Below, one piece after another: positions 12,501-22,485 of a DNA stretch of 64,000 bases (within the stretch, counting starts at the first letter, position 1; each line of letters starts with the position of its first letter). The translations under genes were made by a program, and so were the position numbers. The notes below the pieces were generated by a model. The model was not told the origin of the DNA. It saw only the letters and a program-made list of their open reading frames with translations, and searched no databases. Source of the stretch: Nemertoderma westbladi (taxonomy: Eukaryota > Animalia > Xenacoelomorpha); contig JAUCBJ010007164.1 in the NCBI GenBank assembly GCA_032718475.1, positions 6,303 to 70,302 of the forward strand. Reading direction: 5' to 3'.

Positions 12501-13816
12501 AGGCGCTCGAGACATTGGAGAAACGGCCTGCTCAACCGCAGCCACTACAAACCTATGCGGTAAGAACTAGAGTAGGTTGGTACTTTACTGGACCTTCCCG
12601 CAGAACTCTCGAAGAGAGAATGCCACAAGAACGAATATATCAAGTAAACGATTGGGAAGTGGAGAGCAGTGAGGTGGACGAACTAACTGAGGGAACACCA
12701 TACTCCTCAGATAATGACGACATCTATCAACTCTTCGATGAAGAGAACACAATCGACCTACTTACAGAAAACAAAACTTGGAAAAACCAGGTGAACCTAT
12801 GTCAACTGATTCGCCCATCGGGACCCATTGATTACAATGACGAACTAAATGATGAGATAGAGCGCTACAACGCTAGAACTCGGGACGAACTCGCCGTACG
12901 ATTCTTTACTCAAGAATTGGTAGAGCCCAATTCATACGATAAGGCCCTATCGATAGAAGAAGAAAGAGCCAAGCAAATCCAGGAAACAACTACACGTTTT
13001 TTAAAAGATCAAGGTAGATATGAAATCGGCCTACCATTTCGAAAACGAGAACCTAGATTTATAAATAACAGACCCTTGGCAGAGAAAAGAATCACTCAAT
13101 TACATCGACGCCTTACGGCTAATGCTTCAGCTAAAGAAATGTACCAAACTCAATTGAAGAAATTTATTACAAAGGGATACGCGGAGCGTGTACCGGAAGG
13201 AACACCAGTAACTGAGAGAACGTATTACTTAACACATCATTACGTTCCCAAACCCGGTAAACCCCATGAAGTACGAGTCGTATTCGATGGCTCCGCTCTA
13301 TATATGGGCCAATCCCTCAATTCCGAGTTGTTACCAGGACCCAACTTACTTCAATCTTTGTTGGGAATACTTTTAAGATTAAGACAATATTCCATTGCGT
13401 TCGCCTCCGATATAGAAGGAATGTTCTTACAAGCCAAGGCGCTGGATAGAGATAGAGACAGCCTAAGATTTCTGTGGTGGCCTGAAGGAGATCTCAACCA
13501 GAAACCGGTAGAGTACTGGATGACCATCCAGGCTTTTGGGATCATATCAAGCCCTTCCAACGCCTGCTCCGTGGTGCGGACCACTGCGAATGACAACCGA
13601 GACGCCTTCTCCAAAGAGGTGATAGACAACATCAAGCGCGATATATACATGGACGACAATTTAAAGTCCCTTCCATCAGTAGAAGAAGCCATTGATGTCG
13701 CGAAAGGAACGGTAGAGTGTTTGAAAAGAGGTGGATTTCGACTGACGAAATTCACCAGCAACTCCCGTGAGTTTCTGGAAGCGATACCGGTAGAAGACCG
13801 AGAACGAAAGACCTAG
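9554..13816 (+). CDS. gag-pol: BEL/Pao Gag-protease-RT polyprotein
   Basis: Ala-rich coiled-coil repeat; FNGDEMKW gag core; three BEL-type Zn knuckles (CALCDGPH..C, CYNCLRSGH..C, CAKCGAKHH..LH); protease ALLDSGS; RT RVVFDGS, DIEGMFLQ, YMDD. Confidence 0.93.
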   Translation: MDSIDAERLAANQAKFDEKLRLARVQEEQVKKKRIEDRKAAAVAAAMAEAEAAKAAAAVKSAAAKAMAEAEAAKAAAAKAVAEAERRASEETTQLELENLQETQDCINKQLTASQMQMMSRSTPKRQGYTSSEEGETTDPEGGGNRSRLSRRRKTSHRHKLPDLPSAVRRQLASTDLGSTEPTDQIIKVKRLPMIVDEPEIIRPVVPKATPVLENPVLPVLNSKFPLHSITLPVPGRTVHANIPVLDTEREIKDLSPVVPRWPATMLATPASAVEWVEEGRRGMNLLLGQMQETVHQLKGTVRESRLELQEVQQSIALERDKLVNIQKGIPIPPVTLCQPVRSEVLHAQGVEPTRIYTASEVETPIANPIKGDYKPVVNDIPYRLDNNNTMAQESFTRQMARTEARQAVKVGEIVKFNGDEMKWLPFNEYYKDSIQNSVLSNGEKLRFLIKCLEGPPKLMALKFIGHPDGLRQVWDTLNTRYGNKDNIAKYLYAKLVAPRNFLSSGIIEFSDEIQEICRQLDWLGKSHEYQSSMVIGAVVSTLPKGGVCTRWDKKVLYMNEQQRRSPTMADLMSFLDGEVKLQLIKQSREKTSENKVSEKPVSRRRVTPVCYTDDGESQASQEEDSGKDTDRFYYVNKTSKDVSKYKARTKDRREQVAKTPPQSPNRMHGRKPEERTRVHHVTQGKVSNTKPNCALCDGPHRLSACAEFLKKSLVDRRAVMWDKRLCYNCLRSGHQWRTCYSDVKCAKCGAKHHILLHSEFERDNPSQVSEPELHVQFSDVNDTDQESEMEGFYTDEFSDANESCYLINTAVYRALTYEKDTDNEFPPTTFARQPSWKAPTSNVGIREFPVVQVRVHGPNKSYIVNALLDSGSTGTFIDQELAEDIFAGQPKFRTKLNMSGIMQVWKSTITADYYVGALSTPQDKLGAQSIRSVKMVAIKNFATTQVEPYNWDEDESIQQLKIPRFQTDYPGVQILIGQNAHEALETLEKRPAQPQPLQTYAVRTRVGWYFTGPSRRTLEERMPQERIYQVNDWEVESSEVDELTEGTPYSSDNDDIYQLFDEENTIDLLTENKTWKNQVNLCQLIRPSGPIDYNDELNDEIERYNARTRDELAVRFFTQELVEPNSYDKALSIEEERAKQIQETTTRFLKDQGRYEIGLPFRKREPRFINNRPLAEKRITQLHRRLTANASAKEMYQTQLKKFITKGYAERVPEGTPVTERTYYLTHHYVPKPGKPHEVRVVFDGSALYMGQSLNSELLPGPNLLQSLLGILLRLRQYSIAFASDIEGMFLQAKALDRDRDSLRFLWWPEGDLNQKPVEYWMTIQAFGIISSPSNACSVVRTTANDNRDAFSKEVIDNIKRDIYMDDNLKSLPSVEEAIDVAKGTVECLKRGGFRLTKFTSNSREFLEAIPVEDRERKT

Positions 13817-16530
13817 ACTTAATAAAGGACGATCTTCCAGAAACCAAGACGCTTGGCTTGAAGTGGGACACAGAAAGAGATATCCTGTTTTTTCAGCTAA
13901 AGCAGCGAGATAATCCAGTTCGGACCAAGCGGATTTGTTTAAGTATCCTGAGCACTTATTTCGACCCATTGGGATTTATTAGCCCAGTTATATTGATTGC
14001 TCGGAGTTTAGTACAACAAATGTGGCTTGAAAACCACTCATGGGACGATCCACTTAAAGGAGAACTGTTAAAGAAGTGGATGAAATGGGAAGATTCTCTA
14101 CCTGCCATCGAGAGCTTTGTAATTTCCCGTGCATATTTTGGTCATGTTCTTCCTACGTATTCCTATCAACTCCATGTGTTTGGAGACGCCAGCGACATGG
14201 GAATAGGTATAGTAGCATATCTGCGAGTCGAAACTCCGGATGGAATCAAAGTCGCCTTGGTTACCTCTAAGGCATTGATTAACAACAAGCTAAAGGTTCC
14301 TCGAGTGGAGTTAAAAGCGGCTTTATACGCTACAGCCATCGGCCGGAACGTAACAGAACAAATCGACTATCCACTGGAGAAAACTGTTTATTGGACCGAC
14401 GCTTTACTCGTGTTGGAGTATATAACCAATGAAGTCTGTCAGTTCAGCGTTTTTGTTACTAACAGGGTAGCTATTATTCTTAGTCGCACAAAGATAGATC
14501 AATGGAGACATTGCCCCGGTACGATTAATCCCGCCGATATCGCCTCCAGGGGAGCAACTCCACAGGAACTGATAGATACTCCAGACTGGTTGGGTGGACC
14601 CGACTTCCTGAGTAAGGAAGAGGATGAATGGCCTCCTCACCTTACTACGGCGGAGATTAGACAAGCCAAGGGAGCGGAGAAAGTCAAACCTAAAACCCGG
14701 GCGAGTAAATCGAAGTTATTTAAACCGACTATCGATCTATCTGTATTACATACTTCCGGAAACGATGCTTCGGATCCACAATCCCTCGCCACAAATAAGT
14801 CTGTTGTGGAAATTAGAGATAGAGATTGGAAATCTGGAACACCAGACGTCTCGCAAGGAATCTCACCCCTGCTGCAGAGAGCAATGCATCACTACAGTTC
14901 CTGGAATCGGCTCTGTAAAGCCGTCACATATTTAAGGCGATGTTTTCATCATCACTACTCCAGGACGAAGACCATTAGTGATACCGCTCCATTGACATAT
15001 GCGCAAGTTCATGTTATTAAAAATTTACCCAAATATAAGACATCCGACCGGTTTCTAAAGGAGAAAATCAGTTACCAGGAGCATGAAGAAACCAATAAGC
15101 AGATACTGAGACTCCTGCAATGCTATGAGGATTCCGATAAGTATTTCCTGTTGTTGAGAAATCCGCAGATGCGCTTAAGGGATCGCTTCTCTAGCACAAT
15201 GATAGATGGGTTAATACGTGTTGGAGGAAGGCTCACCAATGCGCCATTATCCTTTGACACTAAATTCCCCATACTCATTAGAAATCTTGAAGTACAAATC
15301 AAGATGATTGTAGATGTTCACAGTAAACTTTATCATGCTGGTAGAGAACGAGTTCTTAGCGAAATTCGAACTCGCTATTATTTTGATAAACCCCGTAGAG
15401 CTCTGAACCAAGTTCTTAGGAACTGCATACCCTGTAGGAAAGCATTCAGTAGGCCTTTAACACAGCGAGAGGCAGAATTACCTAGGGAACGAGTAAGCTT
15501 CTATGAACCACCTTTTACTAATACTGGTGTAGATTTATTTGGCCCTATTGAAGTATATCGTGCTAGGACTATAGTCAAGAGATGGTGTGTCATCTTCGTA
15601 TGCATGACTTGTAGAGCCATCCATCTCGATATGGTGAACGATCTATCTACCAACAGCTTCGTATTAAGTTTACGCCGACAGATCGCTCGCTTCGGGACTA
15701 GTAATACCATGAGATCGGATAAGGGAACGAACTTCATTGGTGCCAACAACGAAATCCAGGCTTACGTGAAGGACTGGAACCAAAGACAGGTGGACGATCA
15801 GCTAAGGATAACAGCGTCTAGCTGGACCTTCAACGCCGCCGACGCCCCTTGGTGGGGAGGAAGTTGGGAGAGATTAATTAGAAGTGTCAAGACCGCATTT
15901 CACTTTATAGTGCCATGCCGCGCGTATCTCACCGACGAACTTTTGCGGACGTTAATGGAGGAAATAGCTGCCTATCTCAATGAGAGACCGCTTATGCCAG
16001 TCTTATCGAGTCCCGATTCCCTGGAAGCGCTAACACCCGCGCACTTTCTACTGAAGAAACCTGTAGCCATGCTCCCACGATTGGAGATTACCGACGGAGA
16101 CGAATACTGCCGTCGAACTTGGCAACTTATGCAGTTGCTATCTCGTCGTTTCGCTGACCATTTCGAGAAACATTATCTGCCCACGCTACAACTTCGAACT
16201 AAGTGGTTTGCGCAGCAAGAAAACGTCAGCGCCGGAGATATGGTGCTTATTGTAGATTCAGACCTTCCACGTAAACGGTGGCAGACAGGTCGTATCATCG
16301 AGACTCACATCTCGGATTATGGTTTAGTACGCTCGGTAGAACTCGTCGTCATGCGGCGTAACTTCAAGAAGCCAGGCATAATCTTTGAGACGCAACAACT
16401 CAACCGCCCAGTTGGTCGTTTATGTTTACTGGAAAGAGACCGAGAACTCTCCGGAAACTATGGAAGGCAAGACACTCTTCCCACGACCACCTCCCTAATT
16501 CCTCAAACATCTAGGGACTCCCCAACGTGA
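13801..16530 (+). CDS. pol: BEL/Pao RT C-terminus, RNase H and integrase
   Basis: Frame opens RTKDLDLIKDDLPETKTLGLKW; RNase H FGDAS/ELKA/WTDA; NPADIASRG; integrase H-H-C-C, GVDLFGP, SDKGTNF, GSWERLIR; 1-nt frameshift near 13800. Confidence 0.93.
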   Translation, partial: RTKDLDLIKDDLPETKTLGLKWDTERDILFFQLKQRDNPVRTKRICLSILSTYFDPLGFISPVILIARSLVQQMWLENHSWDDPLKGELLKKWMKWEDSLPAIESFVISRAYFGHVLPTYSYQLHVFGDASDMGIGIVAYLRVETPDGIKVALVTSKALINNKLKVPRVELKAALYATAIGRNVTEQIDYPLEKTVYWTDALLVLEYITNEVCQFSVFVTNRVAIILSRTKIDQWRHCPGTINPADIASRGATPQELIDTPDWLGGPDFLSKEEDEWPPHLTTAEIRQAKGAEKVKPKTRASKSKLFKPTIDLSVLHTSGNDASDPQSLATNKSVVEIRDRDWKSGTPDVSQGISPLLQRAMHHYSSWNRLCKAVTYLRRCFHHHYSRTKTISDTAPLTYAQVHVIKNLPKYKTSDRFLKEKISYQEHEETNKQILRLLQCYEDSDKYFLLLRNPQMRLRDRFSSTMIDGLIRVGGRLTNAPLSFDTKFPILIRNLEVQIKMIVDVHSKLYHAGRERVLSEIRTRYYFDKPRRALNQVLRNCIPCRKAFSRPLTQREAELPRERVSFYEPPFTNTGVDLFGPIEVYRARTIVKRWCVIFVCMTCRAIHLDMVNDLSTNSFVLSLRRQIARFGTSNTMRSDKGTNFIGANNEIQAYVKDWNQRQVDDQLRITASSWTFNAADAPWWGGSWERLIRSVKTAFHFIVPCRAYLTDELLRTLMEEIAAYLNERPLMPVLSSPDSLEALTPAHFLLKKPVAMLPRLEITDGDEYCRRTWQLMQLLSRRFADHFEKHYLPTLQLRTKWFAQQENVSAGDMVLIVDSDLPRKRWQTGRIIETHISDYGLVRSVELVVMRRNFKKPGIIFETQQLNRPVGRLCLLERDRELSGNYGRQDTLPTTTSLIPQTSRDSPT

Positions 16531-18147
16531 TACGTCTGGAGTGGGTGCATGACTATATTATTCTATCTATTTTTATTATATTTTATATGAGAACGTTATT
16601 ATGTACTTTATTATAATCGTTTTATTTAATTTTATTTAGTAGAATGTTATTTTAGATTATTTAGTAGGTTAGTGCAATATATTAGTGTTTATTACGTAAT
16701 TACACATAATATATTTAATATGACGGCGAGAAATAATTCTTTCTTTTTCCTTACTGTCCGTATTATATTATAAATACGAGACTACATGTAAGATGACATG
16801 TCAGTACTTATTAAAGAACAATAAAGCTCCTGCTATATTTAAGTATTATCGGTAGGCAGAGTATTAGGAATGCAAAGTTCAGATCCTCGTGTCTCGGCTA
16901 AACCAAGCTCTGGGTAGACCTTGGAAACGACTTGCCTCTTCACACTGACATTGCTTCGTGCGATATTGCTCTTCTACTTTATATTAAATAATACATATAG
17001 TAGCGTGATGTCCCTATAACAGTAGCGTAAAACGCAAATAAATCTGTTAAACCTTTTGACCATCTGTAATTTTAGTCGATTAAGATATCGCGGCACCCAC
17101 CGATATACTTGAAAGACAAATTCTAGAATCAGTGGTTAACGTCCCCAGACAAGTTCTGGAATAAATCGGTGCCTATCTTAAATATTAATTTAATATTTAT
17201 TAAAATCTGTAAAATGCAGATCCTTTAAAATTTCTAGTCAATTAAGATATCGCAGCACTTACCGATACTCTTAAAAGACAATTTTATAGAATTAAGGATC
17301 CTAGGTCCCCAGACATGCTCTGGAATAAAATTGTGCCAATTTTACCATCAAATAATAAAATTCACGGGAATAAAGTTAAATTCATATCTTAAATGAATTT
17401 CATAAATTGTCATTTTGTGCAATTTATAACATTCCCAAAATTCCATTAATTAATAGATCATGGGAGCGGAGATTCATCCTATTGAGTGTATTAGAGTGCG
17501 AGAATCTCCAACATATAGTCAATAGCCGATAAAATTAATAAAATCATGTATAAAGAGGATATTGACAATTAAAGAATTACTATTAAATAGCATTCCAGAT
17601 CTGTATGCATGAGAATTACCCTAATTCTACCGCTAGCTTTCCATAATGTCACCATAGCAACACCCACGCTAGAATTAGAAGCAAGTTAAAAGAACAATAG
17701 AAAGCTTGTCCCATTGCATAGCATAGAGAATACATAGCACACTGTTAGTATCCAAGGATACACAGTAATAACGTGACATTCTGGAAGGCACTGACTAACG
17801 GACAAATGGCCTGTATGTGTACAATTGGTGACAGTTGTGTTGGAATTTGTGCGTTATAGGTGAATGTTACTGCTAAAGTATGTTTACAGTAGCTAGTCGC
17901 AATTGTAAAAGTAGCCCAACTCTCCTATAGAAAGAACCTAAAGTGGATCCAAGCCTTTGGGACGGACAGTGGAGTGACTTGTGCCGGTTATCGTTGTCGT
18001 GCTGTTGCTACATGTTGGCGTAAACACCGCGACGACGGTACATCGGCGCTGAGAATCCCACTGTCCGGGGGCAACGAGAGGTAGGCAGCGACGCCCGCTA
18101 GCCTAAACATAAACTCATTTCGATATTAATAAACTCAGATAGCAGAT

Positions 18148-21100
18148 ATGACGGAGTTGATAGAAGATGATCTTGGTATCAGGGAGCGATATACTCTACC
18201 TTTACAAGCATTTGTGGATAGCTTGATACGCGGTGAAGCCGATCCAACCATTACGGAGGGCGATGGTCGTTATATCGAACCGCCGATGTCCCAAGAGCAA
18301 CTTACGCGTGAATTGGACTATCGAAAATTCACCACTCGCTATACGCATCGTAATGGTACGTATATGGACTTCTTAACTACCGGCCATCCTATCGATTTAC
18401 ATGATACGGACGATGTAGACACCGAAAGGGAAATGGTTCTATTTAAATATCATACCCAGCGGAGTCGTAACGATAAACCGAGAATAGAACACGAAAATTC
18501 TATTCGTAACAGACTGGAAAGAGAAAACGTTGAAGAACCGGATAAAAGCATCGACTTCAACGACTACCTGGAATTTTTGAGAGAAACCTATCTCAACATC
18601 GCCAGTCAGCAGAACCTAGAGACTCGATATCCTCAAGGTATACATCATGACCCTATTGTAGAACTCAAACGGCTCTATTTCACTATGATGTATCTTACCG
18701 CCGATCGTCCACTACCTGTTATCCCGGATAGTTTTGAACAAATGGAAGAATATTGTAAAACTGGAGAACGATCACCCGCGTTTCCTCTACAGGACGTACG
18801 TCTTTGGTATTATTGTGACGAATGCCCTAGACCCAACCAACAAACTGAAAGACATAAACATCCGCGGAGACGTTGCGCTAAACACAGTTTTACGCGTTAT
18901 ACTTACGGGAGTTTCGAGCGAAACATGTTCGACGTATCACCTACGATCGCTCGTCTTAAACGATCACTGAATAAACCCATGATCAGAGTTCCGGAATACT
19001 CGGTCAGGCCTCCTCATTCCCTAGTGAGACCTCAAACTCTTGATCCTAACAGTATCACTGATCCTCCCGAACTCTATTCACTGTTCAAAGATTTAGTGCT
19101 ACCCGAACAATTAATCGGTGGTGCTCCGGTAGTGGGTTCGTTAGACATTCGCCCATCCTACTTAGCCGGATTGGGACGCGGGCATCTAATATCGCCATTT
19201 GATCCTTACAATCGTCCAGGATTAAACCCGATGCAACCCGCCACGGAAGTCGAGGAGAGCGTTATAAGAAACGCTTTAGACGCTATTCGACAGAAGATCG
19301 GAAAGGGAACACAAGATTGTTTAGAGAAACGTAAATTACAACAACAAGTCCAATCGGTGAAGGAGTTAGCCTTGCCACAGTTCGATAGAGAATCCAAAAC
19401 CTCGAGGAGGACATCGAGCTTGGACGCACGTATTCTCTACAAGAGTTTCTAGATGAACGCTTACCGAGACAAGCGGAAGAAAATCTACTCGAGGAGAAAC
19501 ACATGAAAATGGACGAGAGAGAAGAAGCCGCTTTAGCCCAACCCAAAGCTCAAATCCTTATGACAGATCTCTACTCTAAAACCGTCCGTCATCCCTCGAT
19601 GGTTCCACATTTCGGAGACAAACTCTTCGCGACGATACAACCCCAACCGGTTGATATCAGTACAGGATCGCAAAATCTTATCGCTGACGCCCCTATGTTA
19701 CAGCGTCCGCCGATCGAGGCGGCTCGTGTTGACGGTATACTCGTTGAACCTCCGGACAATCGATCGGATCTTGTCCGTCGTATGGTACACGATGTCAACA
19801 TACGCGCTAGACCTTTACAGAACTCGTTTTATGGGATTAAAGACCACCCTTATTACGTTAATCTGACTCAGTATTATATGGTAAAACCAGAAGACCCGAC
19901 GCATAATTTAAAGTTTCTACCACTAATAAATCCTCTAGACGTTGTCGAACTCGAACAATTGCAGAAACATCTGGATCAGTTAGTAAAGGTAAACTCATTC
20001 AGAAAACCATATAACATTTCTCGAATCGAGAAGGATATAAAACCTCCTTATAATCTCGATGGATTTATTAAAACTCGATTAGTCCATTGGAATCTAGATG
20101 TATTATTTGAAGAAGAGAAAATACAAAGATATGGAAATGTGGAGACGTATACCACTCGGCACATGAAGTATAGTGATCTCCCTGACGCTAACCAATGCGC
20201 CACCTTGTGGCATCCAGTAGGGATGACCCTAGAGAACGCCACCAAAGAGTGGAATGAAACTCTTAATGTCATTGAGATGTATGGAGTTGTCACCTACGAT
20301 AATGAAGGTAGCGTTCCGGTCGGGGAACTAGGAACTACGCGCATGATCCACATACGCGGATTAGCTGGTTCTACCCACGTGTTTACTCGAGCGTGTTCCG
20401 ACGTGATTGATTATTCCTTTGAAACTCTCACCGAAACGCAAAAGAATCTCCGACATGGACAATTCGAACTCGCGCAGCGTTACGTCATTGACACCGAACG
20501 CAAACCGGCCATGGGTATCGATGGATCGATGTTACCCCAGCCCGTACTCGAGATGTTGTTCAACGAAAGAATCCTTAAAATCGGCTCAGCTGTTTATGGA
20601 GATCTCCAAAACGCAAAACGACTTTCGGAATATGGAAAATATCCCATATCCTTTCGTGGATACGCAGCTGATTGCTCCCTGGGCAGAAGGTCGAGGTTTC
20701 TTTCGCACCATGTATGCTAATACGTCCAGCAGCATTACAAAGGTGCAACGAACTTCCATCGGACATCTTGCCTTTCAGGAATACGGATGGAATTTCAAAG
20801 TCGGAAATCCCATCAACTATCAACAAGTATACGGAGACCATTATTCTCGATTATACTTTGATGGACCATTGACCGCACCTGGCGCCATGTATAGCTTCAT
20901 GAGTGTTCCACTCCGTCCCTCCTTAGCTATCTACACGATCTTTGAAAACACCGCACTTTCCGGTTGGCTAGCCGATGTGTGCAGTCGTACTATACGCGCC
21001 CATCCATTAATACTTGGGACCAAACTCGCTAAGCTAGATGAACATAATAAATTCCTCCGCTTCGAATGTTTCCGGCGATTTTTAACCCCGTTCCGCAACG

Positions 21101-22407
21101 TGGATAGCCAATTTAAAGACCGCGCTTTGACCAAGCTCAGCCTAAGAAACTCAGCTGCAGAGAAGTTAGATAGCGCTGGATTTGCCATTTTCAAAGAGAT
21201 TTGTATATCGAACTTGCACTCCTCTGTTATACAAAGACCTCGAATCCCCACAGGTTATTCTGTCGTGGAAATTCAGACAATAGGTCCACTTGAAGAGACA
21301 GACACGCCCACCTCAGTTATGCACTGGGAAGACGAACCAATATGCCTAGAATCTGAGGAGATTCAGCCTATCGCGCCCCGGAACAGCGACAACGATTACA
21401 TCCTAGAATGGTATCAAGGTCCACAGTGTCTCACTGCGTACGATTATCGACATGCCAACTATGTTTCTAGGCAACGTTGTCGGTTATGCGCATCGAGAGA
21501 CCATGTTACGCCCATGGACACAAACGTCCGCTGTTCCTATTTCCAAGAACAACCGACGATGGAAATTTATTGCGCATATTGCAGACTCAATAACTTGCAT
21601 ATTTTTGCGGTTTGCCCTCAATTTATGACTCAATGTCAACATTGTCAACTAAAGGGACACGCCAGTTTCGATTGCCCTTTTAATCACGATTTGGAAAGCG
21701 TAGATGAAATGATCACACTACGTTACATCAGAGCTTGGGAAGCGAACGCTGATTTACATTGTGATTCGCGCCATCGCTATTATCTTGGACGCGCTTACGA
21801 AGGAGTTTATGCGTTCCATCCTTATCTATTCGCTTCTGTCGAACAGAAATCACGCATATCGAGTTACGAACTACTGAAGCGCGTCGGAGAATGTATTTCA
21901 ACCAAGTTCGTACGCAAATTTCTCAGGAGTGTTAATCCTAGCGACCTTCATTCATATAACCTAATCAATTTTATCCGTCAGGATCCGGACTATGGAGACC
22001 TATTTGTTAACTCACACCCCGAGTTACAGGAAGTATATCGACGGCCTTACGAATACCGAGCCCGCGAACGCGAGTTGGAAAGAACCATTAAACCCAGGAA
22101 GTTTCTGACTGCCTATGGTCCACCCACGGCTCTCGTTCAGACCACTTGTAAAGGACCCGTAAGAGCGGCTGTCCTAAAACGCGCTCTCAAGGCCGTTAGA
22201 CCCCTCTCCCCCGACGTTGATGTCAATCAACCCGGCACTTCGACTGGCGGATACACCGACCATAATCCTACACCCTCTGATGCAATCATATTGCACCCTT
22301 CACCCAGGAGTTATAGCCCTCCTTGTAAAGTGGCTCGCCCCAAAGAGAAAAAGACTCTGGCCAGCTTTAAAAAACTGCGTAAACGCCGTCCACGCAAGAA
22401 AGACTAA
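18148..22407 (+). CDS. Accessory ORF of the BEL element (split into 18148-19452, 19503-20720, 20407-22407): DEDDy 3'-5' exonuclease domain plus CCHC zinc knuckles
   Basis: ExoI-like VVTYDNEG; ExoII-like LPQPVLEMLFNERILKIGSAVYGD; FVDTQ and SIGHLA; ExoIII-like PLRPSLAIYTIFE; three C-x2-C..H..C motifs; basic C-terminus KKLRKRRPRKKD. Confidence 0.72.
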
Positions 22408-22476
22408 CTGTTTAGAGTATTTACGTATATTAGAAACTGTGATTTTTGTATATTTATAGACTTGAATCCCATTTTC

Positions 22477-22485
22477 TGGGAGCGG
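22477..22485 (+). promoter_or_regulatory. Short atypical polypurine tract TGGGAGCGG
   Basis: Abuts the 3' LTR; identical in copy 2 (49111-49119). Confidence 0.7.

Noticed and set aside
13790-13860. Programmed gag-pol frameshift at the 13816 stop
   Set aside because: It falls inside RT rather than at a gag/pol boundary, has no slippery heptamer, and a single missing A explains it
18148-22407. Accessory ORF as an envelope gene
   Set aside because: No signal peptide, transmembrane helix or fusion-protein pattern; it has nuclease, knuckle and NLS-like features instead
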